From: Octopus sinensis
Taxonomy: Eukaryota
Length of the DNA: 64,000 bases
Direction: 5' to 3'
NCBI RefSeq assembly: GCF_006345805.1
Contig: NC_043005.1
Span: 103,850,001-103,914,000, forward strand
The translations under genes were made by a program, and so were the position numbers. The notes below the pieces were generated by a model, which was not told where the DNA came from, did no database searches, and saw only the letters and a program-made list of their open reading frames with translations. Shown here piece after piece: positions 26,359-38,890 of this stretch; the stretch's first letter is position 1, and each line of letters starts with the position of its first letter.

Positions 26359-27042
26359 ATATATATATAATATATATATATGTATACATTATTTGTTGTA
26401 TCGATCGATATTTCTATTCACGTTTCTCTTTCCTCTGCTTTTTCATTTTTACAATCTCTATTTCTATTTCTCTTTCTTTATCTTTCAAACAAATATTCAT
26501 TTACGTATATATGCACCACGCACACGCACTCACACACACAAACACACACATGCGCGCACACGCACACGCACACATACACACACAATACACACATGCATCT
26601 ACGAGTGGTAGCGTGTTTTTGTGTGTATCTGTGTAAGTCTGCATATGTTAGCACTCTCCATTCTTTTGGCGATTGAGAATATATTTTACGAGAACTTTGC
26701 ATGTATTTATTCACGATTATGTTACATCATTATGTATGGTCATATCTCGTGTACGTATATTTTGGCGCAAGCAAAGTATAAGGAATTTCACACATGCACA
26801 AACCACTCCACACGTATATACTCACAAAGACGTCCATACTCATACACTTATAAAAACGTACAAAGTTTATTTAAATATATGCATCCATACACACACACAC
26901 ATATATATATAATATAAGAAACTCTACATTCTGTATTGAGTACGCTACTTCTCCTTACTTACAGTGTATAAATATACATCTATATGTGTGTGTGTTAGTA
27001 GATATATATATGTATATATACGTATATATATGTATATACATA

Positions 27043-27090
<48 letters not shown>

Positions 27091-27291
27091 ATATTATATA
27101 TAATATATATATATATATATTATATATATATATAGCAGAGAGGTGTTTAGTTCACTTGTGATCTGAACGAATAAGTATGTTGGTAAGTACTGTAGCATGT
27201 CGCCGTTAGGTTTCCAGATCACAGCTAACGCTGGATCTAGGGATCCGTGTTAGGGTTCCGTTATAGAAGTATATGTCATATTAAAGGAAAA

Positions 27292-27389
27292 ATGAAAACC
27301 AAGGCAGAATGAGTATCTCAAGTCATTCACCTTATGCTAATTAAATTATTCTAAATGACTTGAGACACGCGTTCTGCTTTGGTTTTCAT
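27292..27389. other. 98-nt hairpin with 36-bp arms
   Basis: ATGAAAACCAAGGCAGAATGAGTATCTCAAGTCATT pairs with AATGACTTGAGACACGCGTTCTGCTTTGGTTTTCAT (32 Watson-Crick pairs, 2 G-U, 2 mismatches); 26-nt loop. Confidence 0.85.
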
Positions 27390-27423
27390 ATTTTTCCTCC
27401 GATGTAATATAATATATTATATA

Positions 27424-27488
<65 letters not shown>

Positions 27489-27558
27489 TACATATATATA
27501 TATACATATATGTATATATATATGTATATATATATATGTATATATATATATAATATAT

Positions 27559-27620
<62 letters not shown>

Positions 27621-27692
27621 GAGGGAATATTATTCCAAACTTACAGGGAAATATTCAATTAGAATTACTAAATCAAATTTCACAAAATATAA

Positions 27693-27724
27693 TCTTTATA
27701 TATATAAAACTGAGAATGTGTGTG

Positions 27725-27755
<31 letters not shown>

Positions 27756-28873
27756 GTGTTTCCCTAAAACTTAAGAACTGCTCAACCAATTTCATTCAAA
27801 TTTTACACATGCCTTACTTAGGGTCCGGGGAGTGTCATCGGCAAAAATTTTGAACTTTTTGCCAAGGGCGAGCCCACAGCAATATCATATCTTCTCCACT
27901 AAGATTCCCTAAAACTTGAGAACTACACAACTAATTCCATTCAAATTTTACACATGCCTTACTTAGGGTCCATGTAGTTTTATGGGAAAAAAAATGTTCA
28001 ACTTCTTGCCTAGAGCGAGTCCATAGCAATATCATATCTTCTCCACTATTTCAGTATTCCGTGTTAAAAGTGAAACAAAAACGTTTTTCTATTTTATGTA
28101 AGATACTTTCACTTTAACAATAAAAATAATAATAACAATTGAATTATATGTAGTAAGTAATAATCAAAATCAAACTAAAGTAACATGACAAAAGTAAAAA
28201 TAGCAATTGGTATAAAATTGCATCAATGATTTGAACTTGAATAAGTGGTTTCACATAAATGGAAATAAATTAAAAATAAAATTAGCGTGCAGAAATGGAA
28301 TAGTCGAGATGGATAATAAAAAATTAAATTAAAGAAAAGACTATTGTCTATAAAGTATCCAATGTAGAGAAAAAAGATTTGAACACATGGAGGAAAGCAC
28401 CTTCGAAAAGTGTCTTGGTGCGACTATTAAAGGTATCTAATCAGAGGCGGTAAATTCGCCACAATAGAAGCAAGGTTCGAGTCAACGGAGCGTGCAAGGG
28501 AGTACTCGACTCGAACTTGCAAAGTGGAAATATTTTATTTTTTACCTTTATATCTGGGACGTAGGACGTACCGGAAAAAATGTAAAATGCCCCCCCCCCC
28601 CACCCAGAAGTAGAGGTAGGCTGGATTGTAGCCACACTTCTAGAGAAGGACAAGATTCAATTGATCGAAATTATAAGACACGGGCTAGCAATTCCAGTCT
28701 GTTATATATTTTGAGTATTGTTATCACTAGCAATATCAAGATATAACTTTGTATTTTGTATTTTATGTGTAGATGTATATATATATAGATGTACATGTAA
28801 TATGTACACATATATATACACATATATGCATGCACTAGCACTATGACCCGGCAACGATGGGTCATAATGCTAG
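27693..28873 (+). mobile_element. Non-autonomous Helitron-like element with an internal ~146-bp tandem duplication
   Basis: Starts A|TC...TATATAAAACTGAGAATGTGTGTGTCTGTC and ends with hairpin GACCC...GGGTC plus CTAG|T. The block TTCCCTAAAACTT...ATATCATATCTTCTCCACTA occurs twice (about 27759-27900 and 27905-28047). Pairing of the two ends is assumed. Confidence 0.55.
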
Positions 28874-29129
28874 TATATATATAAAAATTAGAAAAAAATA
28901 GGTGGTCTATTTATTACGTAGTATTACATTTAAGTAAATTAGTGTAATATTAATTGATATTTGGTCAACTATATAACTAAGTAAAATATTAAATCTATAC
29001 ATACTACATATACATTAATAATATAGTTAGTTTATCTAATCGGTGTGCATATATTTAAACCATTTCCTATTGTTAATTCTAATATTTATAGCTTGTACTT
29101 ACATTATGTATATTACTTAACATTAAGGT

Positions 29130-30215
29130 TTTAAATATAAATTACTTAATGAGTATAAGATTTTATTTAGATGATTATTTTATTTAGATGTTTATTTAGA
29201 ATTGGAATTTTTGAAAAGTAAAAAATTTGCATTATGCAACTTGTTATTCCCTTCAAGGGAACATTTTCCCAGTTGAAATACACCGAAAAATGGTGACACA
29301 GCAGTAAAAAATCGTAAACAATATGGATTTTCATAGAAAAAAAGCACCTTTTTGATGTAAATAATTTTTGGTGTTAACATGGTCCGATTTGAATTTTATC
29401 TTCTACAGAATGAAGAGCAAGCCTTCTTCTATCATACTTTCAATTTTGGTCAACTTGCGCTGGAGGGTCTCGAAGGAGATAGTGTTAGTTGAAGGCTACC
29501 AAACCTGCCACACACAGTTTTATATATATAGATTTGCTACACACTTCTTTCCATCCTTAATAATGAAACTTGGTAGATCCAAAAGTTAAGCACACAGACA
29601 CCCAAATTGAGTTTTATATCTATAGATTTCTCAACGGGGATTTCAGGGGAGAGTTTCAGGGAGTCGCTGGCGATGTATCGTGGTGATTAAAAATCCGGCC
29701 TGCTAAAATTTGGCTAAAGTGATTCAAACTGCAGACTCAACGCAAAATGGTCACATTTAATTCAAAGCGTTAAACATGTTATGAAAACAATTGGTATGTG
29801 TTCACAAAGTCCAAACGATTAATACGAAAAAACCCTCCAGGCTACATCCTGAAAATTCATTTCTTTGCCGAATTTCTACAATGTTTACGGCAATTCGTTT
29901 TTATATCTTGATTTTTTATTTTTCATGCAATTTACGCATGCTTGCACGCGTGGTGAACACAGTTCACGCCAAACAGCTGACTGAGTAAAGTTCTCTATTC
30001 AATGCATGGGATAAGGCCTAAACAAACACATTATCGATTTTTGCACTTGCGAGATGAATTTCGGAACAGAAATAGCGCAGTTCAATTTTCACTCGCCTAA
30101 ACTTTAAGTGACCCATTTTTGGTGGTTCTACGATTTGTTGGCTAGGAGAAGATGTGCCGGGAAGTTAAACACACAGACACACACAACGATACACACACAG
30201 ACACACAAGTTGAGT

Positions 30216-30220
<5 letters not shown>
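29130..30220 (-). mobile_element. Nested or adjacent Helitron-like non-autonomous elements (minus strand)
   Basis: Three termini of the form ACACAG(A)...GTTTTATAT(A/C)TATAGAT (about 29515-29532, 29595-29625, 30200-30220; the third lacks the terminal GAT) are reverse complements of the 5' end at 27693. The left boundary is uncertain. Confidence 0.4.
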
Positions 30221-30253
<33 letters not shown>

Positions 30254-30402
30254 ATATATATATATTAAATATTTTATTAATTGTATTTTATTTTTGTTCT
30301 ATTTTTTTTTATTTACATAAGAATATATTTGTTCGTATTTTACAAGATTGTTTACATATATTTATTAATTTATCTAATTAATTATTTTATTGTTTTTATC
30401 TT

Positions 30403-30497
30403 TAACCTGAAGAGTGGCTATATTTATTTTGAAGTGATGTTAGTGTTATTATTACTATTATAATTTCTTAAATATAGCTACGAAACACGTGTCGTTA
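30403..30497 (+). ncRNA. Type I hammerhead ribozyme, intact catalytic core (Penelope/retrozyme type)
   Basis: TAAC-CTGAAGA-[GTGGCTATATTTA..42 nt..TAAATATAGCTAC]-GAA-ACACGTGT-C^GTTA. All core nucleotides present; 13-bp stem II; palindromic stem III; GUC cleavage triplet; 4-bp stem I (TAAC/GTTA). Confidence 0.8.
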
Positions 30498-30655
30498 TTC
30501 TACCAAATATATATGTTTTATTTACTATTCTGCACATTATTTAATCATTGTTATATGTTTTATCTTATGTTTAATCTTTCAATAATATGTAATTTTTCTA
30601 AATGGTATAATTTAATTTTTCATCAGTGAATTGATAAAAGGTGGGGTTTTTTCCT

Positions 30656-30746
<91 letters not shown>

Positions 30747-30748
30747 AT

Positions 30749-31147
<399 letters not shown>

Positions 31148-31474
31148 CACACATATATTCATGGGTTGAATGCCCATCAGGTTATGATGAAAATTAGAGT
31201 TTAATTTCATTTTAAACAAGCATTCCCTTACATGAATACAGTTTCGGGCAATGACGTAGTAACAAGACCAAATACACTTGATATGAGCAAAAATCAGAAA
31301 ATAGTTATCGATATTCCAGATACTTCAGATCATTTTATCGGATGGATATTTCGATATATTCCATCTGATGAAAGGATCTGAAATCATTTCGATTGATTAT
31401 TGATAATTGAAATGTACATAATGAAATATCTGAAATATCAAGAACTGGTTTACTGCCTTTGTGTTTATTTCATA

Positions 31475-31524
<50 letters not shown>

Positions 31525-31528
<4 letters not shown>

Positions 31529-31600
31529 CAGCTAAAAATTCTTCAAGGCGGTGCCCTATAATGGCCACAGTATAATGACTGAAGCAAGTAAAAGGTAAAC
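31525..31600 (+). mobile_element. SINE family D 3' tail fragment
   Basis: TTCAAGGCGGTGCCCTATAATGGCCACAGTATAATGACTGAAGCAAGTAAAAG. Confidence 0.65.
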
Positions 31601-31852
31601 GACAAAATAGGTAAATAATTATAAATGTTAACAAGCAGTATTTAAGAAGGATTATCATTTCATCGTGACGTATAACAATATGTCGGAGTACAACCTTCTG
31701 AATTCCTTCTGAATTCCTTCTGCACTCCTTCTGAGTCTGGTTTTCACAACAAGTGTTAGGTGGATAATAAGGTGGGTAGAAAAAGGGTAGTATGTGCGTG
31801 TTAGGGGATATTGTAGGGTGGCTGGCTCGATGGATGGCAAGTCGCAGCTTAG

Positions 31853-32168
31853 TGAAGGAACGTGGCTTAGTGGTTAAAGTATCTAGCTCAGGATCGTAGG
31901 GTCGTGAGTTCGATCCCTGTTGACGCGTTGTGTTTTTGAGCAAGACACTTTATTTGACGTTGCACCAGCCCACTCGGTTGGCAAAAATGAGTATCACCTG
32001 TAATTTAAAGGGGCAGCCTTGTCACACTCTGTGACACGCTGAATCTCCATGAGAACTATGTTAAGGGTAAGCGTGTCTGTGGAATACTCAGCCACTTTAA
32101 TTTCACATGCAGGCTGTTCCGTTGATCGGAACAACAGGAAACCTCGTCGTCGACACCGACGGAGTGCC
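31853..32168 (+). mobile_element. SINE family C head and core with a different 3' half
   Basis: CGTGGCTTAGTGGTTAA...GAGTTCGATCCC...TTGAGCAAGACACTTT...GGCAAAAATGAGTA, then a 3' half unrelated to that of the 7171-7419 copy. Confidence 0.8.
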
Positions 32169-32199
32169 ATTTTTTTGTTTTTAAAGTTGTATCCTAGGA

Positions 32200-33005
32200 T
32201 GGTAATAGGATGTATATTAGGGTAGGTAGTAGGGTAGGCGGTAGTGTAGATTTTAGGGTGGATGGTAAGGTGGATGATAAAGTTGGTGGTATGCTGGATG
32301 GCAGATGAACGGTAACATAGTAGGGCGGCTGTAAGTTTTGTGGTCAGGTTGTTAGTGGGTTGGATGGTACGGTGGATGATAACATGCGAGGCAGGGTGGA
32401 TGGTATGATAAATGATTGGGTGGGTGTTAGAGTGAACGGTAGTGTGCAGGGAAGAATGGATGGTAGACGGATAGCAGGGCGAATGATATGGTGGATGGAA
32501 AAGTGGGCGGTAGAGTACATGAAACGATAGATGGTAGAGGGGATTTGAGGGATGGTAGGGTGTGTGGTAAGATAGATGGTATGGTGGGTAGTACGTCCCA
32601 TGGTATGGTAAATATTAGACCAGATGGTATGTCGGATAGGATGAATGGTAGGCTAAGCCGGATGGATGGTATGGATGATAGTATTGTGGTTAATTGAATG
32701 GGTGGTAGGGTGAGTGGATTGTAGAGTGACTAGTAGGGCGGATGGTTGGGTGGATGGTATGGATGGATGGTGGGTGAAAATGAGGATGGATGATGTAGAT
32801 GATGGCAATGTAGTTAATTGAATGGGTGTTAGGGTGAGTGATATGGTGGATGGTAGATGGATGGTTGGGTGGATGGTTGGGTGGATGGAAGGGATGTATA
32901 GTAGTTTGAAAAGCAGGATGTGAGGTATGGATGATGGTAATGTGGTTGACTGAATGGGTGTTAGGGTGGATGGTAGGAGGGGGTGGTAGGGTGGATGGTA
33001 TGGAG
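32200..33005 (+). repeat. G-rich degenerate satellite (GGAT/GGGT based) with three ~125-130-bp sub-repeats
   Basis: The block GATGAT...GTGGTTAATTGAATGGGTG(G/T)TAGGGTG recurs near 32673, 32797 and 32929. Confidence 0.7.
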
Positions 33006-33800
33006 GATAACAGAGTCTTAGTATTACTTAATCTATGATGCAGGTGTTTCGTTGCGGGCCAAAATAAAAATAATATATATGAATAAAAAAAAATAAGCGT
33101 TTATTACAGATCCTATGCTACAGTAAACTAGATCAGAGAATATTTACTAACAACAACAACAACAACAGCAACAACAACAGCAGCAGCAGCAGTATTAACA
33201 ACAATAATACTTTGTGCATTAAGCAACTGCGCTTTGATTAATTGGATTTGAACGCTTGACAGCTTTCTCATTCTGATCTGATCTAGACCAGTGAAGCATT
33301 TTACCTTCCAATATAGCAGCGTATATCATCTATGTAAGTGTGCGAATGAGTGTGTAGGTAAGTACTGGTACTATGTATGTATGTATGTATGTATGTATGT
33401 ATGTATGTATGTATGTATGTATGTATGTATGTATGTATGTATGTATGTATGTATGTATGTATGTATGTATGAATGTATGTATGTATGCGTGTAAGCATGC
33501 TTGTATGTAATGATGCATGTATGTATAAATATATATGTGTGTGTGTATAAATATATATACCCATGCATATACATACATATGTACATATATACACACATAT
33601 ATATACACATACATATACAGTATATATATAATACATATTCATATATATGTGTGAGTGTATATATATATATGTATATATATGTATCTATATATATACATAT
33701 ATACACAATATATGAAATATATATTCACATATAAACAACTGATATACATTTTATACATGTATGTACACATATATGTCTATATATACACTATACACGCATG

Positions 33801-33856
<56 letters not shown>

Positions 33857-33969
33857 TATATCCATACATATATATATTATATATATATATAATATACACA
33901 TACATACATATATATATATATAATATATATAATATATATATATATATTATATATATTATATATATATAA

Positions 33970-34023
<54 letters not shown>

Positions 34024-34112
34024 CCATACACACACGTGATGGGATCATAGGATCTGAGCGGAACGGTCAGGAAAATCTTTCATTTCGTTACAATTTCGAC
34101 AGACGGTTATTA

Positions 34113-34185
<73 letters not shown>

Positions 34186-34628
34186 TATTATCACAGTCGA
34201 AGCCATAACTGTTGTGTTTAGTAAAGGTTGAAGGCTGGAATTTATCGATGAAATGACCAGATGTACCGAAATCATTAGTAAAAAATAAAACAAAAACATA
34301 CCACTTTCTTCCCCACTCTCTCTCAATTTTCCCTCCGACCCTTCCTTTCTACCTTTCTCCCTGTGCCTTTCCCACTCTGCCTCCCTCACTCTTTCCTTCA
34401 CTTTGTTTCTCTCTCCCTCTCTCTTTTTCTCATTTCGCTGTGTGCAATTTCCTAGTTCTTCTGATTTCATTAATTACGTCTACTTCTTCTACATCACACT
34501 TTAACCCCTGAGGTCAACGAAATCAATCCCTCTTCTACTATATCATCGTAGAGTGAGATCGATCGCTCCCACACGGGTTTGAAAAAAGAAATGAAATATA
34601 TATATATATATAATAACAAACAAATATA

Positions 34629-34709
<81 letters not shown>

Positions 34710-36462
34710 TATAATAACAAACAAATCAATCGGTCCGCTAATGTTTCTTCCTTAACCTCGTCATTATTACTGCTGCCATTCCTACCACATTCGCTGCAGC
34801 CACCACCAATAACCACGACCACCACGACCACCACCACCACCACCACCACCGCCACCACCACCACAACCACCACAAGAACAACAACAACAACCGCAACCAC
34901 GGGAATTAGTTCCTTTCGTAGCATGTCATCCACCCTTCAGGTCATTCAACACCCATACCAAATTCGATCCATTTCTCAACCAATTCATTGAAAATAAATC
35001 ACTCGTTTTTTTTCTTCTCTTTTTTAAATTCTTCGAAAATCGAAATCACACCCTCACTCATTAGATCGATCGTTTGATTCGCAGGTGAATGGACAGACTT
35101 TACTGATTTTTCTTTTTCTCCATTGCATGTAACGCAGACTCGGTAAAAACAACCATCACCACACCACAACCAAAACGACTACCACCACCACCACCACCAC
35201 CACCACCACCACCACTACCACTGCCGCCGCCGCCGCCGCCGCCACCACCACCACCATCACCATCGATGTCATCATCGTCGTCGTCGTGGTCATCGCCGTC
35301 GCCCCCGTCGCTATCGTCGTCGTCCATCATCAAGAAGGAAAATAACCACACCAGCCGCAGTAGCAGCAGCAACAACAACAACAACGACAACAAATCAGCT
35401 CTAGCATAAAGAAAAGCAATAACATAGTTATCATGATCATCATCACCACTACCACCACCATCATCATCAATATCATCATCATCATCATAATAATAATCAT
35501 CATCAGCAACACCGTCATCATCGTCGCTGTCATCATCATCATCATCATCGTTATCATCATCATCGTCGTCATTAACAACAACATCAATAACATAACAAGC
35601 AACAGCATCTAGAATAAATAAAAAGAACAAAACAATAATAAAATAAACAACGAAAATTACATCAGTAGCAACAAAACACGAAGCAAAAGAAAACAAAAAC
35701 ATTAACAACAGATGCAATAACTGGGTAAATACCAGCAGCAAGAACAACAACAACAACAACAGTAACAATAAAACACAACAACTGAATAATTAGCAACGCC
35801 AAAATGTACCGTCGTACTTAGCAGTGACGTCTACAAAATGGCTGACATTCTGTTGCATGGTCCAGATTTGGTGCGAGTTGCATGTTGTATCCATCTTGAC
35901 TCAAATTAGACATGCACACGTTGAGAGTAAAGCTTTCCAAACCGTTTAATGTGAAGCACATAAGCACAAAAGGCTTGATAAATATTTAACCACTAATTTA
36001 TTATATTTAAGGCATATGACATTAATCTTACACGATAAATATGGGGTAGAGTTAAACAACTCAGGAAGAAAAGAAAAGGATTCATACAAAATGAATGTGA
36101 ATAAATGTAATAAGTGTTAGGACGGGTCATGCTTCTGCAAACCGATCTTGTCATAGGCTTTGCTAACCATTCTGAAACAAAAGAACAGTGTTATTTGCTG
36201 GTTACGACTTTGCATGTACAGTATTGCCTGTGATTGGCGATCGTTTCGAACGAATCGGTAACGAGAAATGAATCGAATGGAATGAATGAAAAATCGGTTT
36301 GGACCAGCCAATCCCTTTCTCAAGATGAATATATTTCCAGGGAAGTCAAGCGTGATAGAAAAAAAAAACATTGATGGAAGAATATAATTTCTTCATCCCT
36401 TGATGCTGTAGCAGAGACTTGACAACATGACCAAAGATCGGACACAAAGTTCACCCTGAGCT

Positions 36463-37398
36463 ATACATACATACATACATACATACATACATACATACAT
36501 ACATACATACATACATACATACATGCATGCATGCATACATACATACATGCATACATACTTACATCCATACATGCGTACATACGTACATACATACATGCAC
36601 ATACATACATGCATACATACATACGTGCATGCGTACATACGTACATACATACATGCATACATACATACATACATGCATACATACATACGTACATACATAA
36701 ATACATACACACATACATGCATACATACATACGTACATACGTACTTACATACGTACATACATACATACATACATACATTCATGCATACATACACACATAC
36801 ATACATACATGCATACATACATGCATACATACATACATACGTGCATACATACTTACATGCATACATACGCACATACGTACATACATACATGCATACATAC
36901 ATACATACATGCATACATACATACATACATGCATGCATACATACATACATGCATACATACATACATACATGCATGCATACATACATACATGCATACATAC
37001 ATACATACATGCATGCATACATACATACATGCATGCGTACATACGTACATACATACATGCATACATACATACATACATGCATACATACATACATACATGC
37101 ATGCATACATACGTGCATACATACATACATACATGCATACATACGTACATACGTACATACATACATGCATACATACATACGTACATACATAAATACATAC
37201 ACACATACATGCATACATACATACGTACATACGTACTTACATACGTACTACATACATACATACATACATACATACATTCATGCATACATACACACATACA
37301 TACATACATGCATACATACATGCATACATACATACATACATACATACATACATACATACATACATGCATACATACATACGTACATACATACATACATA
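36463..37398. repeat. ~935-bp (CATA)n variant array with ~495-bp higher-order duplication
   Basis: Rare variants CATAAATACATACACAC at 36696 and 37188, and CATTCATG near 36776 and 37275. Confidence 0.85.
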
Positions 37399-38890
37399 CG
37401 AAGGTGGGTTGAACAGTTCATAGGGTAACTCTGAAGAAGTGATGTCAGGGCAATGAAATTTTCCATGCATTAATTTCAGCTCTACTTATGAATACCTGCA
37501 CTGTTTCCTTATATGTCTGGAAAGAAGACTTCAAAGCTAACAAGTAGCGATTTTTCTTGAAAATCGGCAAAATTTGGCATCGTGCTCTTATGAAGTGTTT
37601 GCAAAGAGCTTAGCCTCCAATGACATTCATGCTGATATACTTGCTACATTAAGGGATAACACACAGCTTTACCAGCAATGCAACAGTGGGCAACTGAATT
37701 TAGGAAGGAAAGGGAGAGTTTTGAAGATGACCCAAGGTTCGTACGTCCCGCAACTGCTGCCACTGTGGGAAACAAGAACCACGTGGTGATGGATGACAGA
37801 CTATTGGCTACAAATCAAGCGGCCAATGCTATTAGCATATCTCGTGAGAGAGTTGAGTTGAGAATATTCTGCACAATGCACTTGGTACTCTCTTTACTCT
37901 ACTCTTTTATTTGTTTCAGTCATGTGACTGTGGCCTTGCTGGAGCATCGCCTTTAGTCGAGCAAATCAATAGAATAGTACTTATTCTATCGGTCCCTTTT
38001 GCCGAACCGCTAAGTCACGGGAACGTAAACACACCGGCATCGGTTGTCAAGCGATGTTGGGGGAACAAACTCAGACACACAAATATACACACATATACAT
38101 ATATATATACACATATATACGACGGGCTTCTTTCAGTTTCCGTCTACAAAATCCACACACAAGGCTTTTGTCTGCCCGGGGCTATAGTAGAAGACACTTG
38201 CCCAAGGTGCCACGCAGTGGGACTGAACTCGGAACCATGTAGTTGGTAAGCAAGCTACTTACCACACAGCGACTCCTGCGCCTATTTTCTGCGTCGTATG
38301 GTACGGCGACGAAGGTTTCTGCCCGATGGGTGCTACGTCTTCTAATACCTGATCAAAAGCTCGCCGGGCTGATCACACCACGGGAAAACCCCGATACTAT
38401 TTCAGGCAGATCTAGCTGGCTTCTTTGAACGTTTTTTAACCCATGGTGAATGTTGGGTTCATCACTTTGAATTAGAGACAAAGAGACAATCCATGCAGTG
38501 GAAACACCCCTCTTCACTTGCACCAAAGAAGGCCAAGGTCATTTCATCTGCAGAGAAGGCTTTTGGGATGCAAAAGTCATTGTGTTTATTAACTAATCGT
38601 CAAATGGGCCACAGCATCAATGAAGAGTATTATGCTAACTTGCTGAGGCAGTTAGAAAAGGCTATCAAGACCAATTACCCGCGAAAACAGACGAAAAAGT
38701 GTCTTGTTTCATCAGGACAGTGCTTCAGCACACAAGTCCTTGGTTCCAATGGCTGCTGTACATGACTGTGGCTTTGAACTGGTTATCAAACTCCCTATCC
38801 TCCTCCTTTGGTCCATCTGACTATCATTTTGATAGTCAGCTAAAAAACAAAAACACAAATACACACTTGGCTGCGAACCACAGCGTAGCG
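37399..38890 (+). mobile_element. mariner-family DNA transposon, degenerate, 3' end lost, interrupted by SINE D
   Basis: Begins TA|CGAAGGTGGGTTGAACAGTTCATAGG. Translation: QQWATEFRKERESFEDDPR..RP...ISRERVE..ILHN..G..KVSARWVLRLLIPDQK...ECWVHHFE..TKRQSMQWKHPSS...FHQDSASAHKS..., characteristic of mariner transposases. Confidence 0.92.
37888..38298 (-). mobile_element. SINE family D inserted in the mariner element
   Basis: Same structure as 11025-11448; TGGTA flanks both sides (37883-37887, 38299-38303) and the transposase reading resumes after it. Confidence 0.85.
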
